Assembly (NCBI GenBank): GCA_964016885.1
Contig: OZ024743.1
Location: 108,748,001 to 108,812,000 of the forward strand
From: Eledone cirrhosa
Lineage: Eukaryota
Length of the DNA: 64,000 bases
Direction of reading: 5' to 3'
In this document: piece after piece, positions 16,051-32,280 of the stretch
How positions within the stretch are numbered: position 1 is the stretch's first letter
Layout of the letters: every line of letters begins with the position of its first letter
Program-made: the position numbers and the translations under genes
Notes under the pieces: model-generated
What the model saw: the letters and a program-made list of their open reading frames with translations, nothing else
Database searches by the model: none
Told to the model about the DNA's origin: nothing

Positions 16051-16633
16051 TAAAAGTATTTACAATTAAAATTAAAATGGCAAATTAAATGTTTCATATA
16101 TATACACAGATGAATAATATATACACTAATTAATAATATATACAGAACACCATAACATAAACCGAATAGATTTAAGAAATGAACCAAACAAAATGGAATA
16201 TGTTACTCATTTATACATTGAGGATAAACAATATTTTTCTTTATTATTTTAGTTACTGCCTCCTCCCTCTTCTGCGTTGCGCGCTCTCCCTCCTTTTCTT
16301 TGACACACATTCTTAACATCCATATCCATAAGATGAAGTTACTGCGTAGGGTTAACAAGAAAATGGGATGTACTGTTGAGCAACTGCGATACACACATTC
16401 AAGAACTCCATCTGAAATCTAAATCTGAAACTAAGTAGATGTTACTCAGGATTACTATAGTACTATCTAGATCCGTGTTGTCAAAAGTGACGGCTAATTC
16501 TAATATCTATACATAATATAAAAAAGAGATGTTTGTTTGTTGACAGCTTTGACGAAACTTAGAACGTTGGACTACTATAATTTCTCACCCCACTTCCTTC
16601 CTCAGTCATCACAACGCACCCCTCCTTGTTTAA

Positions 16634-16853
16634 CCCTTTAATGTTCATACCAGCCAAAACCGGCCAGAATTCTCTACCTTTTTCTGTTGAAACTGGCTGT
16701 AACTTGTCACTCAAACTGATGTTAAGGTATTTTTCTCAAAATAAATACTTTCAAAATCACATAGATTCGATATTATGTGAGATAATTATGTGAGGTAAAG
16801 CCTTTACCATGAAAATACAATAGTATATATAGAGTAATGTGAATGCTAAAGGG
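16634..16853. mobile_element. piggyBac-type MITE
   Basis: TTAA on both sides (16630-16633, 16854-16857); TIRs CCCTTTAATGTTCA / TGAATGCTAAAGGG. Confidence 0.8.
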
Positions 16854-17158
16854 TTAATCAACGTAATCACCCCTTCCTTCCACAGTCATCTATAGTGCGT
16901 TACGGACAAATACACACGCCTTTTATTATATTACTGAAACTATGCCGTTTAGGTTTTATTAGCCACGTGTGGATGATGTTCAAATTATGTTGAAGGTATG
17001 TGTGGAAGATATTAACTGAAATAACATCCATTTAAGTTTCCTCTAAAAATTCTCCGTTTTATGAAGTTTTAAAATTCTGTTTTTCAAGGTTATGTTTATT
17101 AAATATGCAGATGCTAATATATACTCAAACGCATACACACACACACACATATATATAC

Positions 17159-17320
<162 letters not shown>

Positions 17321-18469
17321 GAGAGAGAGAGAGAGAGAGTGAGAGAGGGAGAGACAGAGAGAGAGAGAGGAATTGACCACACCGCGGAAAATATATTTAA
17401 GTATCTGTTTTTTCTTTTTATCTTCTTTGATTCGTCAAAGTGGCATTATTGAATAAGTGAGAATGACAATTCTTTTAAAAAAAGAGTTTTATAATGTATA
17501 TAAAATATGAAAACTAGAACCGGGTTCGATGTATCATTGAAATTCATCTTATCAAGTGTTCAGTATTACAATTAAAAATAATTAACAAGAATTTGAAATT
17601 AAATATTTAACATTCAGTGATGAGGTAGGTTTGTGCATATTTCTTGTTGAGAAGAAGACTGGATATATATATAAACAGAGAAAGAGGGTGAGAGGGAGGG
17701 AGGGAGAGAGAGAGATGAGCTTATCCCACAGTCACACACCTGCCAGAGAAAACGCGTGGAACACAGAAATGTCACTGTGGTGCCGTCAGTGTTGAATGTT
17801 ACCAACATTCACTCCACCGCCACGACCCTCTGGCTTTATCCATCTCCAGGCTCGCAGAGACTTTACACTTCGTAGTTCAGCTTTTTGCGACTGTAAAACC
17901 ATCTCGATATTCTCGAAACTAAGCGATGTCGCTTACGGTCAAACCACGAAATGAAATATATAAAATAAAAATCATATTCGCTACCGCCTCTCCTTCTATA
18001 CAATACTTGCGACTGCTTTACGTATGTGTGCATGTACGACACGTAGAATTTCATATACATATTTAGATACTTACTTACGTTGGTCATTCATGTGTGCGTG
18101 CTCACGCACATCACGCTCTCTCACAGCAGCCAGCCCCATCACAGCCCAACAACACCCATCATTTCTAAACCTAACTAATACGTAACATATCAACTGACCA
18201 GCATTTTTCCAAAATAGCCGACTGAATACATACGTATTTCTTCTTTAAAAAATGTATTTGGTTCCTTCCTTTTCTCACAATTTCTCTTTCTATTTCAACC
18301 TTTATTGCTCACACTAGCTTCTGAAGAAAGATTAGTGCCCGAAACTATAAGACACTTTTCTTATTATGTCAAGCATTACACGAACATATTTCTTCATATT
18401 TCATGTGTGTGTGTATGTGTGTGTAACGTAAGTTCTTTCCGTTTTTCAAGACTTAATATAAACAACATC

Positions 18470-19610
18470 AACATCAGATTTATTTAATCGTTAATGTAGA
18501 GACCATTTTGTCTATGATCTCTCTCCAGCTGTCATTAAGCTTTTTAATGTCAAAATCATAAAATTCTTTAGGTTTTGAACTACAAAAGGAATAATTCATT
18601 TTCAACTTCTCTTGAAGTCTTAATTCACTCAAATGATTTTGCAAACTTCTAAAGAGATGATAATATGTTGGTGCGACGTCCGCCGGGGGATATGATGGCT
18701 GAAGCATAATTTCACAGGCTTATTTTTTTAGATCTTTGGCCTTTTGTGCAATCTGAGGTCTAGCGTTATCTAGGTGAATACTTACTCCTTATCTGTTTGA
18801 CAAAGGTGGGTGTTTTTGCTGCAAAGCTGCTATCAAAAATAGTATCTGTTCACAAAAGAATCCCGAATTCTTTTGTGAACAGATACTATTTTTTTTATTG
18901 CTTGATTATTGGCTAGCAGCTCGTGATTAATTATTCTCGGCATATCACGCCGCACACTATTCTTTGTATTTGGGCCACTTATGTGCTGCTGAGCGGGGTT
19001 TAACCACGATTGAGCCATTGGCATCTTCAGTTAACTTTATGATAAAGAATCCATTTCTCATCTGAAGTAACCGCTGTATTACAAAAGGCATTTGCAGCTC
19101 ACGAAACCGCTAAGATTTACAGCAGTTAATAGGTGGGTGGTGACTGTCTGTGGAGAGATCTGACGGTTCCCATTTCACAGGTTTTGACACTTGACGTAGC
19201 CGTTTTAATTTACGATGAATGGTCGTGTTCAGGTTCCGAACTGTAACGGTCATGTTTGCATCAACAGCGGCTTCCAATGCATCGGAATTCAGCACTCTCC
19301 TCTTAATCCTTTCGGCAGAGAGTACTCTCCGGTTCCGAATTTTGTAATCCTTACCCTGCAATTTCTGTTAGTCACTACTACATCGCCATAAATATATGTT
19401 TTGGAGTGATTTTGTTGAAGCATTTCTATATTACGTTTTTGAAATTCATAAAGAATAACATGACAAATATGTGCCACGTATACAACAGCTTCAATAAAGA
19501 TGTGCCTGATCTAGGATTGACAACATCTGAAAGAAAATGAAACATATTAGTGATTTCAGCATAGCCAATATATAATTGAGAAGCTAGACAGCCCCCTTTA
19601 TGTCTAACTC
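18470..19610 (-). mobile_element. Degraded mariner (Tc1/mariner) transposon
   Basis: HICHVILYEF N-terminus, KWEPSDL (WVPHEL-like), QPSYPPADVAPTYYHLFRSLQNHL (YSPDLAPSDYHLF motif); frameshifted. Confidence 0.9.
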
Positions 19611-20175
19611 GAGATTTACTTTAAAGAAAACAGACAAAACTTTCGTTACAACCTGAATGCCACATTACGAATATACACTTTATCAGCACACTGAGACAAG
19701 CTTTGCTCAACACACGTTCAAACCCTAACTCATTGAAAGAGTAAATGTGAGAAAACGGATTTATGGTTAATACTAACTCTAACTCCCTCAACACACACAC
19801 ACACACAGACACACATATATGAATTAGGATGTCAATAGATTGATAAAGACATGTTTAGTTATACACATATGCACACTTATACTCACACACGCACATACAT
19901 ACTCACACATGTGCACTCATACACACATACACACATACACACACACGCACACACGCACACACATACACACATACCCACACTGAGACATATATATATATAT
20001 ATATATATAATTATATATTACATCGAGAGACAAATGATATTTTAACTTATCAGGCCTGGTGCATATCTTAAAACAAGTCACGTAAATGTCAGTTTTGTTT
20101 TCCTCCCTACGGTGTCGATATCATTGGCACTAGTATTAACACAAATTGAGTCAATCAACGAAATACAGTTTAGAA

Positions 20176-20218
<43 letters not shown>

Positions 20219-20892
20219 ACAAATAAATAAATGTATGCTATCCTTATTTGAAGAAAAATATCAAAGTAAGATATTTCATTACTGTGTTTTCGAGTGATTT
20301 TTTCTTCTTTGGTTGGGTGGGCGGTCGTGTTTCTGTCTTGTTTCTTGGCATTTGATTTAAGGAACAACGACGTTAATAACAGCTTGCGTAACAAACCAAA
20401 ATAATATGGCATCAGTTTTGAGGACCCGGGAAATGTAGCATACACATACATACACACACAAAAAAGAAGAAATAACTAAACATAAAAAAAACGAACACTC
20501 TTCAGATGAAAACAAATTAACTGCAAAACGTGAATGCGGACGGAAGAAACAGTAAAATGTTATTTTGAAGAGAGGAAGATAAAATAAAATAAAGTAAATG
20601 AGAGGAAAAAAATAAAATAGGAAAACTGCAAAATTCTCATCGAACGCTTGAAGGAAAATCTAGTTCTTGAAGAAGAAGCAATCAGCTAATCTGATGGAAT
20701 ATTTTCAACTAGCATTCACATTCATTTCTCTCCATTTTAAGCTCTCATTACCACCACACTCCCACTTTTATACCATGATTCCCTTCTTCCCTATATAATT
20801 CGTTCCTTTCTAACTGTATTCGCTTCGCTGTATCTCTCACTATGCCCCGTTCTCTCTTTCGCTGTATCCAACATCATGTATATGCCACCCCC

Positions 20893-20929
<37 letters not shown>

Positions 20930-21131
20930 TCTCTCCCTCTCTAACTCTCTCTCTCTCTCCCTATGTATTTTGCTTTTCTTTATCTTATTTACCTCACACT
21001 AACCCCAGTTTATTTATGTCACTTATTTTCTCCTCATTCGACGTATCAATTTTTCTCCAACGCCATTTATGCTTCGCGAATATATTTTGTTCCAACTTTT
21101 TCTTAAATTCTACTTCTCCTATTTCTTTCTA

Positions 21132-21400
21132 TTCTTCTTCTTCTTCTTCTTCTTCTTCTTCTTCTTCTTCTTCTTCTTCTTCTTCTCCTTCTCCTTCTCC
21201 TTCTCCTCCTCCTCCTCCTCATTTTTCTTCTTCTTCTTCTTCTTCTTCTTCTTCTTCTTCTTCTTCTTCTTCTTCTTCTTCTTCTCCGCCTCTTCCTCCT
21301 CCTCCTCTTTCTTCTTCTTCTTCTTCTTCTTCTTCTTCTTCTTCTTCTTCTTCTTCTTCTTCTTCTTCTTCTTCTTCTTCTTCTTCTTCTTCTTCTTCTT
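21132..21400. repeat. (TTC)n/(CTC)n microsatellite
   Basis: Directly visible. Confidence 0.97.
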
Positions 21401-22589
21401 TAACCCTATCCTTTACTGTTGTGCCTTTCTCTCATTTTCTTGTTAGTGAATCATTAGAAATTTCAGAGCACATATCTAAATGCCTTCCAGTATTTGGTCA
21501 CGTGCTTCACAATTTGGTTTCAAATCACATTGTGATCACTTAACCTTTTATATTGCTATGATCAGAGCAATTTGGTAGCAGCTATAATCTAGAGTTGGTT
21601 TAAATGACGATAATCTTAAGCTCTAACGATTAATTAGCTTGTCAGACCCACTGTCTTTGACTGTTTCCGAGAACACTAAGTACTGAAATGGCCAACATCT
21701 TGCTTAAGGCTTGCAATGGAAATCATATATACAGCCATTGTCCAAAATATATATCTCTACATTAAAACTCGATATTGTTATACGATTAACGCTTTAGAAT
21801 ATTAGTTACGATATAGAAATGTTATGGATGAGAAATTTATGGTTTTTCCCGACATATCTATTGATGGAAGAGACACATATCCTCTCTGTCATTATTAAAC
21901 AGTTACTGATCAAAAACCTTTCACTGATAGGACCGAAACATCTCTGGATTTTGCAAATAAGGACCTAACTAATTCTGTATTAAGTTATATTCAGTAGAAT
22001 TCCTATTATTTCCTCTGATCCTAACCATTAATAATATATCATTTTCCAGCAATGGCATATTTCTGGATAGTATATTCAATACATAATTCTTGAAATTATT
22101 TTGTCAACACACCTGAGGGATGAAATTCAAATTAATATTCGACTAAAGGAACCGTTGTTGATGAAAATCAGTCAGTACTTGTGTGTATTGAACTCATAAT
22201 ACTGAGAGAGAGTATTAATTATAGTAGATTAAAAGTACTTGAACAATATATCAAGTTGCTCAGATCAACTAATAATATACCTTGAAGTATACAGCGAGTA
22301 AATATTCACTATTTACATGCACATAGATTTATCACTTTTCATACAAATGTGGTTGATTTGAAGAAAGACCCCCCAGCTGACTTGCAGCTACCTATGCAAT
22401 GAAAATAGGGAAGTCGTATTGCATTTGGTCGAAGTATATTTAATGTCGCAGATAACAACTGCATCTCTAATCAATAATATTTCCGGTTTATCATTGCACT
22501 TAACTATTAATAATACTAGCTAAACCTGTGGGAATTCCACAGTTAATTAGAAACAACTATCAAGTATTAAAGATCAATAAGACATTTTA

Positions 22590-25365
22590 AGTGCTTTATT
22601 TACTACAACAGCTCCTGCCTTTCTTGCACTTAAATCAAATTCCTGTTCCTTCCACCAGTCATGAACACAGTCCCAAGACACGAACTGTTCCTCTGTTTCA
22701 GTGGAAATTCACTCACATATAGAGTCCACTTCGCAGGCGTCTTTTGGAGGGCGAGTGTTTCTGTCTTCGCAGCACTGATTTTCAATCCTGTTGTGTAGCA
22801 ATCGGCAGCAATGAGCATGTCAGATATCACTTTCTGACGCGTTAAGTATTATCTTGTCGCTCGCATATTTCCGCCGACGGGTTCTACAGTGGCTAGTCCA
22901 GATACAACTTCCAACGCGGCTGCACATGTCAATCATGTCCATGAAGATTGTGAGTAGGAGAGATGAGATTACGCACTTTTGCCGGAATATGATACACACA
23001 TGAAATGTTTTGACTCTATTCGAAGACAAAAAATTAGGCATTCATATAGAGACATCAGGGCAACATGAATCTGTCCTTCGATCCTATACTTATGCCAAAA
23101 CTTCCACAATAGGTCCGCCGGAACGTGATCATTTCCCTTTTCAAGGTCTACGAAATACACCTTTTGGCAATATTCCCTCGATTTCCCAAAGACCTGCCAC
23201 TGTGTGAATATTTTGTCGGCTATGCTACGCTAGAGGCGAATGCCACTGTGGCCATGAGCTATCGTTGACGCATCAATATCCCTACATTGTTTTGCCAGAC
23301 ATTTAGCATATATTTTACCATGGAGGCATAACAAGGCGATTCTTCTATATTTGGAGTGATCATTCTGGTCTCCCTTTTTGAAAATTGGAATTATCAAGCC
23401 CGATTGTAATTGCTTAGGTGCGTTTCAGCGATCCAGGTCCTCTGGCCCACAGGAATCAGTAAGAACATATTTTTTTCTATTTAATGTTTTTAACATCTCG
23501 GACCGACTTTCATCCTCCTTAGTGGCCTTGTCACAATTGAACTTTTAAATGCTCTTGTGAACTCAGCCTCCAAAAGATTAATCATTGTTGCCTAATGGAT
23601 CTTATTTTCTCCACCTCGGAGGCTTCTCCATTCTGAAGAGAGGATAAACACAGACACATTCCTGATAGCAAACGTTGAAGTTAATTTCTTATTACGAAGT
23701 TTGTGGAGGACCTAGCAAAACACTTTATTTGCTCATCTAAAGTTGATTTCGAGCTTACCTCTAAGGCTTCCTATGTCTTAACATTGGACGCCTTTACTGT
23801 CTATTCTGCAGCTTTTTGTGTCTGCTTGTAACGCAACTGCAAGAAGGGGGGATTATTTCTATGGCAATATATGTAAACCTCATTCTTTGTCCGAATGTGA
23901 ACTCTGGCTTATTGATTGTATCAAGGGTTCTTCCTGCCACCCGGCCACACAGCGAGCTGCTTTCGTCCGCAGCATTTATCAAATGAAGCAGAAACCGCCG
24001 AGCTGAATAATCTCAACTGCATTTCAACGTCGTTAGTCTGTTCGCGGCTTTCTCTGAATTTGGCTACAATTATATACAGAAACATGTTCCTGACTGATTA
24101 TCTGACTTTGCTTTCCACATTATCTTGTTTGGCCGGACCGGGCTTGCTCGTTTTTTAGGTTCACCTGGCTTTAGGTACTCTCAGGTTTCACGTAACATTG
24201 TTGATAGCTCTTCCCCTTTCTTAACACGAATATCCCACACACAATCAAACATATCAGACACACTAACAAAATCAATTATTGATCTGTCCTCTAATCCTAA
24301 TTTACCATGTGTATTTATGAGTATCTTTGAGTTGGAAGAATGCATTCATAACAGACAGCTCATTATTAGAACAAAACTCTAATAAGGCTTCTCTATTCGT
24401 ATTTATATCGGGGTAACCGTTCCTTCAAATTTCTCCTTTCCAGGTCAGGTAGTCAGTCCCAATATATGTATTGATGTCTTGCACTAGGATACACGGCCCA
24501 GTCTTAACTACTGCTGCGACTTAATAAAGATAAGAACTGTATTTGGGCTCTCTTTCTGACAAATACATTATCTGCAGCGAATACATTATCTGGCGAATAC
24601 ATTATCTGCAGCGACCTTTCCTTCATCCAAAGCTTGAATCGGAACTAGTTCCTAACACATTCTGAGAGACGAGGGCATGTAAGTATCTCATCCATTCTCC
24701 ATCCAAATCTACAGAACTAGAGCTACGAAACATTTTCAGGAAAACATTGACTATATCTAGCAAGTAGCATCTGGTTTCCTCACTAAATCCTGCCCTATGC
24801 ATGTAAGTGTGTTGTTATGTTCCAGTTATCATTTTTCAAGATTTACTCCCATCCGGACACTCTCTGCAGATTCGCCATTCGTTACATGTATGCTTCCATC
24901 CCACGCCTCTTTGGAAATTTCGCTGCCCAATCGCCAATTTTTGCAGCATTGTGTGTAGATTGCAATATATATTTTGGAACAGGTTCTTCTCCCTAAGGTC
25001 TGAACGTATCCCTTGTTATCCTGCGAGAAGGACGGTACGGTATGGACGTATTTACTCTTTCTGAATGGTAGTCTCATTCGAGCCAGTCTCAGAATCGGTA
25101 CTTTTCTGAGACCTGCCAACAAAAGGGTTTTTTTAGATGCAGCATTTACTTGCCTCTTCAGAGCTACATAAATGGCTTGTGAGACTTTTTTATTTGTGGG
25201 GAGATAACAGTGTCACTCATTGATCCATCTCCTCTACTTTCTTGTTCTGAATTTCTTAACAGTGGGGCTGGAGCCTGTTTAGATGGCAATTAACCATCAC
25301 AGCTGGTGGCCGTTTGCTGCCACCACCTGCGACCTGTTGCCTCGCAGACCAGTTCTACCGAGGAC
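22590..25365 (-). mobile_element. Degraded RTE-clade LINE
   Basis: FVDLEKGNDHVP (FVDLEKAYDRVP), RQKCVISSLLLTIFMD, GLKISAAKTE RT motifs on minus strand; 5' boundary approximate. Confidence 0.85.
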
Positions 25366-25366
25366 G

Positions 25367-25576
<210 letters not shown>

Positions 25577-26519
25577 GGCCAAAAATGATATACGATGTAT
25601 TAATCATGTATATATAGCACAACATAATATATGAAATATATTGAACAAACGATTCAAACTACAAAAATGGAATATTTTACCTTAATTTGATTTAAGATTA
25701 AAGAATTTTGTTTGTACATCCTATCTTTTGAAAAAACATTTTCAGAAGCAGCACCTCTCTCTCTCGCTCTCTCTCTCTTTCTCTCTCTCTCTCCTCCCTC
25801 TTCCCTGCTCTCCTCTCTCTTTCTACCCTCTCTTCTCCCCCTCTCTTTATCGTCTCAATGTCCCCCTCAATCTATCTCCCCTTACTCTCCGTCATCCTTT
25901 TCTTTCTTATACACGTTTACCATTACTTTTTCTCTTGTTGACCGGCATCTTAAGAAGTAATTCCTCTTTAAGTGATCTTGCTTTCACTATCTTTCTACCC
26001 GTCTTTCTTACAGTCAATCTATCTCCCTCTCTCTCTCTCTCATAATCTCACTCAGTTTTCCAGAACCACATCAGATTAGAAATGTAAAAATATGCCCATC
26101 TTGATGCTTCAACCACCTCCACTGCAGAAGCCCCTCCATCTTTGTTGTATTGCACAAACATACTTTTACCATTACGTCACAGTAAATTCAATTTTAGTAT
26201 AAGAAATATCAACTTCCAGCATTGGCGTAACTATCTATAGCCATTATAATCCGTATTGATTATATTATTTCATCGATACGCCAAAGGTATGGAATGGAAA
26301 TTTTATCCCTGAGGTTTTCTCTCAAAACACTGACAAAGAAAGTAGCATCGTAACACAATACTGGAATCACGCTTTAATTTTTGTAAACATTGAGAAAAAA
26401 TACTACCATAACAAGCTCACAAATATGAAAATATATAGTAATTACTTCATTGAAACTCATATGAGAATGTAGAAAACATAAATGATGGACATACATATAA
26501 CCAAGAAAGAAACAAAAAT

Positions 26520-26697
26520 AATTGTTTCTACTATTGGCACAATGCCAGCAATTACCCAGTACATTACTCGTACTTATTTTTATCGACCCCGTATGGATGA
26601 AAGGCAAAGTTAAACTCGGCGGGATTTGAACTCAGAATGGCAAGGGCAGTAACTCTATGCGTCAATGCATGGCGTCCGACCCTCTAACGATACTGCG
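26520..26697 (-). mobile_element. tRNA-derived SINE
   Basis: Reverse complement of the 29.0-29.4 kb copies. Confidence 0.88.
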
Positions 26698-27025
26698 CTA
26701 TTTTACTCCATGGGTTAATAACTGCAATTTAATTTTAGTAATATATTATTTATAATATATTAAATGATATACTAAATAGAATGTCATTAATTCTGTAAAT
26801 TATTAATGTTTCTGAAATTTCTCATAGCAACGAGTGAAATATATACATGTTTTCGTATTATCTTTGTATCTTAATTCTATATGCGTGTGCTGTGTTTAAG
26901 ATTAAATAGCATATCTCCCTCTCTATCTCTCTATCTTTCTTTTTCTCTCTCCCCCTTTCTCTGTTTCTGTCGGTATTTATCTCTCTCTCTCTCTCTCTCT
27001 ATCTCTATCTCTCTATCTCTCTCTC

Positions 27026-28768
<1,743 letters not shown>

Positions 28769-29023
28769 TATATTTATATATACAAACCTGTAAACTCTTT
28801 AAAAATAAAGGTAAAATGTGAGGCAATGCACATAATTCTAAATATGAATACATAATGTTAATTGGTATGGTTCGTGGAGATGTAATGCAATATCTTGCTT
28901 AAGGTCTTGGGCTTTCCGGACTCTGATTTGATACTACACCGTTAAACTTTGCAATTCGGTCTTTCAGGTTCAGGGTTCGATTTTTTATCCCATCTTGCCA
29001 TCTTGCGGTGGATTGGCAGTATC

Positions 29024-29398
29024 GGTAAAGGGTCGGACGCCATGCTTTGACGCATAGAGTTACGGCCCTTGCCATTCTGAGTTCAAATACCGCCGAGGTT
29101 AACTTTGCCTTTTATCCTTACGCGGTCGATAATATAAAGTACCAGTAATGTACTGGATAATTGCTGGCCTTGTGCCAAAAGTAGAAACAATTATATATTA
29201 AATATGCGGTCAGTGAATTGGCAGTCTCGGTAGAGGGTCGGACGCCATGCTTTGACATATAGAGTGACGGCCCTTGCCATTCTGAGTTCAAATCCCGCCG
29301 AAGTTAACTTTGCCTTTCATCCTTACGGGGTCGATAAAATAAAGTACCAGTAATGTACTGGTTAATTGCTGGCCTTGTGCCAACAGTAGAAACAATTA
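29024..29398 (+). mobile_element. Two tandem tRNA-derived SINE copies (29024-29193, 29205-29398)
   Basis: TTGGCAGT.TCGGTA, GAGTTCAAAT(A/C)CC B-box, shared core and tail. Confidence 0.92.
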
Positions 29399-29643
29399 TA
29401 TATTAAATATGCCCAGGGACAGAGAAGACAAATCAGTTGCTATAAGATAGGGTAGAATTCTTTAGAGTCGAAAAACATGTTGCTATAATATAGCAACTGA
29501 CGTTACTTATAGATATTCCTTGTGCCTGAATTCACAATATTTTCAATAACATTTATTGTCTTAACGATTCTTAACATCGAAAGTTCGAGCCTCGCACGTT
29601 ATGTTTCTTCATATACATACAAACAAACATACATACAAACATG

Positions 29644-29713
<70 letters not shown>

Positions 29714-29844
29714 TACATATAAAAATACAAATATAAGGGCTGTTACTCGTTATCGAGTATGGCCATTGCACAATATAATATTAATAATAATTATGAAATT
29801 AAAGCCATCGTGCAATGCAAGTGCGTGAAGATTTTAGTTTACGT

Positions 29845-30060
29845 GAGGAAAGACTGTACACTTAGCCATCCCATTCTCTGATCAACAGTAGGTCTAACCC
29901 GAAAAGAAGAAAAGATCCTCGGTAACTACTGGGCCGCATGCTTTATGTCGGATTTGTCCCAGGTTCCTGAGTTGCCTTCTCCTAGAAGAATGCCCTGACA
30001 AGAGCTAGGGGTCTTTCCCTCCCAGTGGTTTAACCACGGAATCAGGTTTCCAGCACGATT
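29845..30060 (-). mobile_element. Probable RTE 5' UTR fragment
   Basis: Reverse complement contains CTAGGAGAAGGCAACTC, matching CTAGGAGAAGGAAAACTC at 55801. Confidence 0.45.
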
Positions 30061-30668
30061 ATTTCTATGTCCCCGCGCATATACAGCCACAGGCATACAT
30101 GTATATACCTATTTACACATTTTGAATGGCCGTCTACTCTTATGTGTTCTTCCGCCCTTTGTCAGGTTTTGTTTTTTTTATCCCGCAGGGAGTCCAAAAC
30201 CCCCTCCTCACTAAGTAAACTTGGTGGGATAGCCGTTTTAGTCACTAACCTCCTGACCATGCGACAAAGCATTGTACCTCTCATTTTTTTCAATAATTAT
30301 TTCTACTTTTGGCACAAAATTTTGAGAAACAAAATGGCGTAGGATAGAAGAAAGGAAAGGCACAGAAACAAAAAAAAAGGAATCCCCAGTCACTGAAGAG
30401 GTCACAGAGTGTGTGACGAAAGGACAATGACTATATATAAACAACTATCTGGTTGTGGAACCAACCAACCAACCAGAAATTTATAAGTTTGTAAATTTGT
30501 AAATTTGTAAATTTATAAATATATAATAAGTTGAAGTGAAAGCAATTGGTGCGTGTGTTTCTTATTGGCAACATGACCCTCCCAAAGTATAACAATATCG
30601 GTTTCAACACACGATTTCAGATAAAGAATCTTGCTAAACAAATTCAGAAACGAAATATATATATATAC

Positions 30669-30741
<73 letters not shown>

Positions 30742-30912
30742 AGTGTGTATGTGTGTTTGTGTGTGTGAAAACGAAAAACTAATATATTTCACTTATCCAC
30801 TGGCCTTTGTAAGGGCGTGTGTCCTGCCATCGGGGATCAATATTTAAATCTCCTTTTCTATGTTTTGTTTTCTGTCTCTCTATCCATACGCACACACACA
30901 TTTATATATATA

Positions 30913-31035
30913 TATGTTGATGCCCTAAGGACAGACACTGGTCTGTTGGAGACGCAGGACATGGCAGCGATAATGAGGGAGAGAGACCGCTGGAGAGAAC
31001 TCGTCCATGGATCTCGGAAATTTTACCCGCCTTAG
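30913..31035 (+). mobile_element. RTE LINE 3' terminal fragment
   Basis: YVDALRTDTGL...MRERDRWRELV resembles the RTE C-terminus. Confidence 0.65.
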
Positions 31036-31082
31036 AGAGATAGATATATAAATGTGAGTTCGATTGGGCTGTACTTCCTTTA

Positions 31083-31132
<50 letters not shown>

Positions 31133-31230
31133 CGTAAAAGGTAAACAGAAATAACAACACAATCGGTACCGTATATGGAAGGGATATATTAGGTTAACAC
31201 TTGATGTAGCAGGAAGAGTGTCTCATCGTT

Positions 31231-31254
31231 TTTCGGACGCTAGTCCTTCATCAG
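31231..31254 (-). ncRNA. Partial hammerhead core
   Basis: CTGATGA-A-GGAC(tagc)GTCC-GAAA; stems I and III not convincing. Confidence 0.4.
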
Positions 31255-32180
31255 AATAAAGAATGAGAAATAAGATAGATTGAGGGGACGGGTGGGTTGG
31301 AATTGATAAAAATATCTTTAGATAAAAAATAACAGGTCCATTCATGTTGACATCTCTTGCAAAACTGTTGGTGCTGGCGTTTCGTGTATGATTTATATTT
31401 TAAAAAATTGGATGTTGGAGCGCGTCTACCTGAAATTGAAAAAAGACCGTTTTGTAAAAGGAGCTATACTTGTGCACTTGCGTAAGCATGTGTGTGTTTG
31501 TGTGTGTGTGTTATTATACGTCCTTAAGAAGCTAAGAAGAAATGCGTGTCTATGTGTGAGTAAATAGTGTGTGTGCATGTAAATCGAAGCTATGAGCAAA
31601 AGTATGTTAATATAAGGCTTTGTATAAGTGAAGGGGTCGTATGCACACACGTATATAATTAGACAATAGTATATGCCCACTTGTATAGATATATGCATAC
31701 GTACAGCATCATCAATATTATTGCGACCACATCGACACATTTCTGACAAAATCACTCCACAATTTACGATTATCCATTGCTCCTATCAACTACTCCGTAT
31801 TGAGGTTTATATGGTTTCAGCGTTAATCGATGAAGCTTTGAGCAGGTCATCCTCTACTTCGTCTTCAGTGACTTGATTTTCATATTAGCGGCTTGTGTAT
31901 TATATCTTGCTTACTTCACCCAAAACGTCAGGCAAATCGGAACCGTCTTTCAGCAATTTTAATTGTTTGCTTGGGCAAGTTTCCGTGTGAACATGTATTT
32001 CTTATATAGTGACGCCAATTTATATTTAGTACCCCCATAAATATTTTAGAATTTTCAAATTCTGAGATGTAATGAATAACATGGATATGGAAGTCACAGC
32101 TACTCAGGCAAATTGAAATAACATTATTCAGTGCATATGTTCAGCCAGTGTTGTTGTATGGATCAGGTTCATGTATCTTG

Positions 32181-32280
32181 ACATACATACATACATACAT
32201 ACATACATACATACATACATACATACATACATACATACATACATACATACATACATACATACATACATACATACATACAT
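32181..32280. repeat. (CATA)n microsatellite
   Basis: Directly visible. Confidence 0.98.

Noticed and set aside
16450-16935. Helitron-like termini around the piggyBac MITE
   Set aside because: Only short motif resemblance; no clear hairpin plus CTRR end
17513-17563. Minus-strand TTGATAA-GATG...CATC-GAAC-CCGG hammerhead-like motif
   Set aside because: GAAA is broken and there is no convincing stem I
18315-18355. CTGAAGA...CCCGAAAC hammerhead-like motif
   Set aside because: Stem II does not pair; at best a decayed relic
21920-21950. CTGATAGGACCGAAAC
   Set aside because: Incomplete core with no real stem II
29205-29300. tRNA gene
   Set aside because: A/B boxes belong to the SINE head; no cloverleaf
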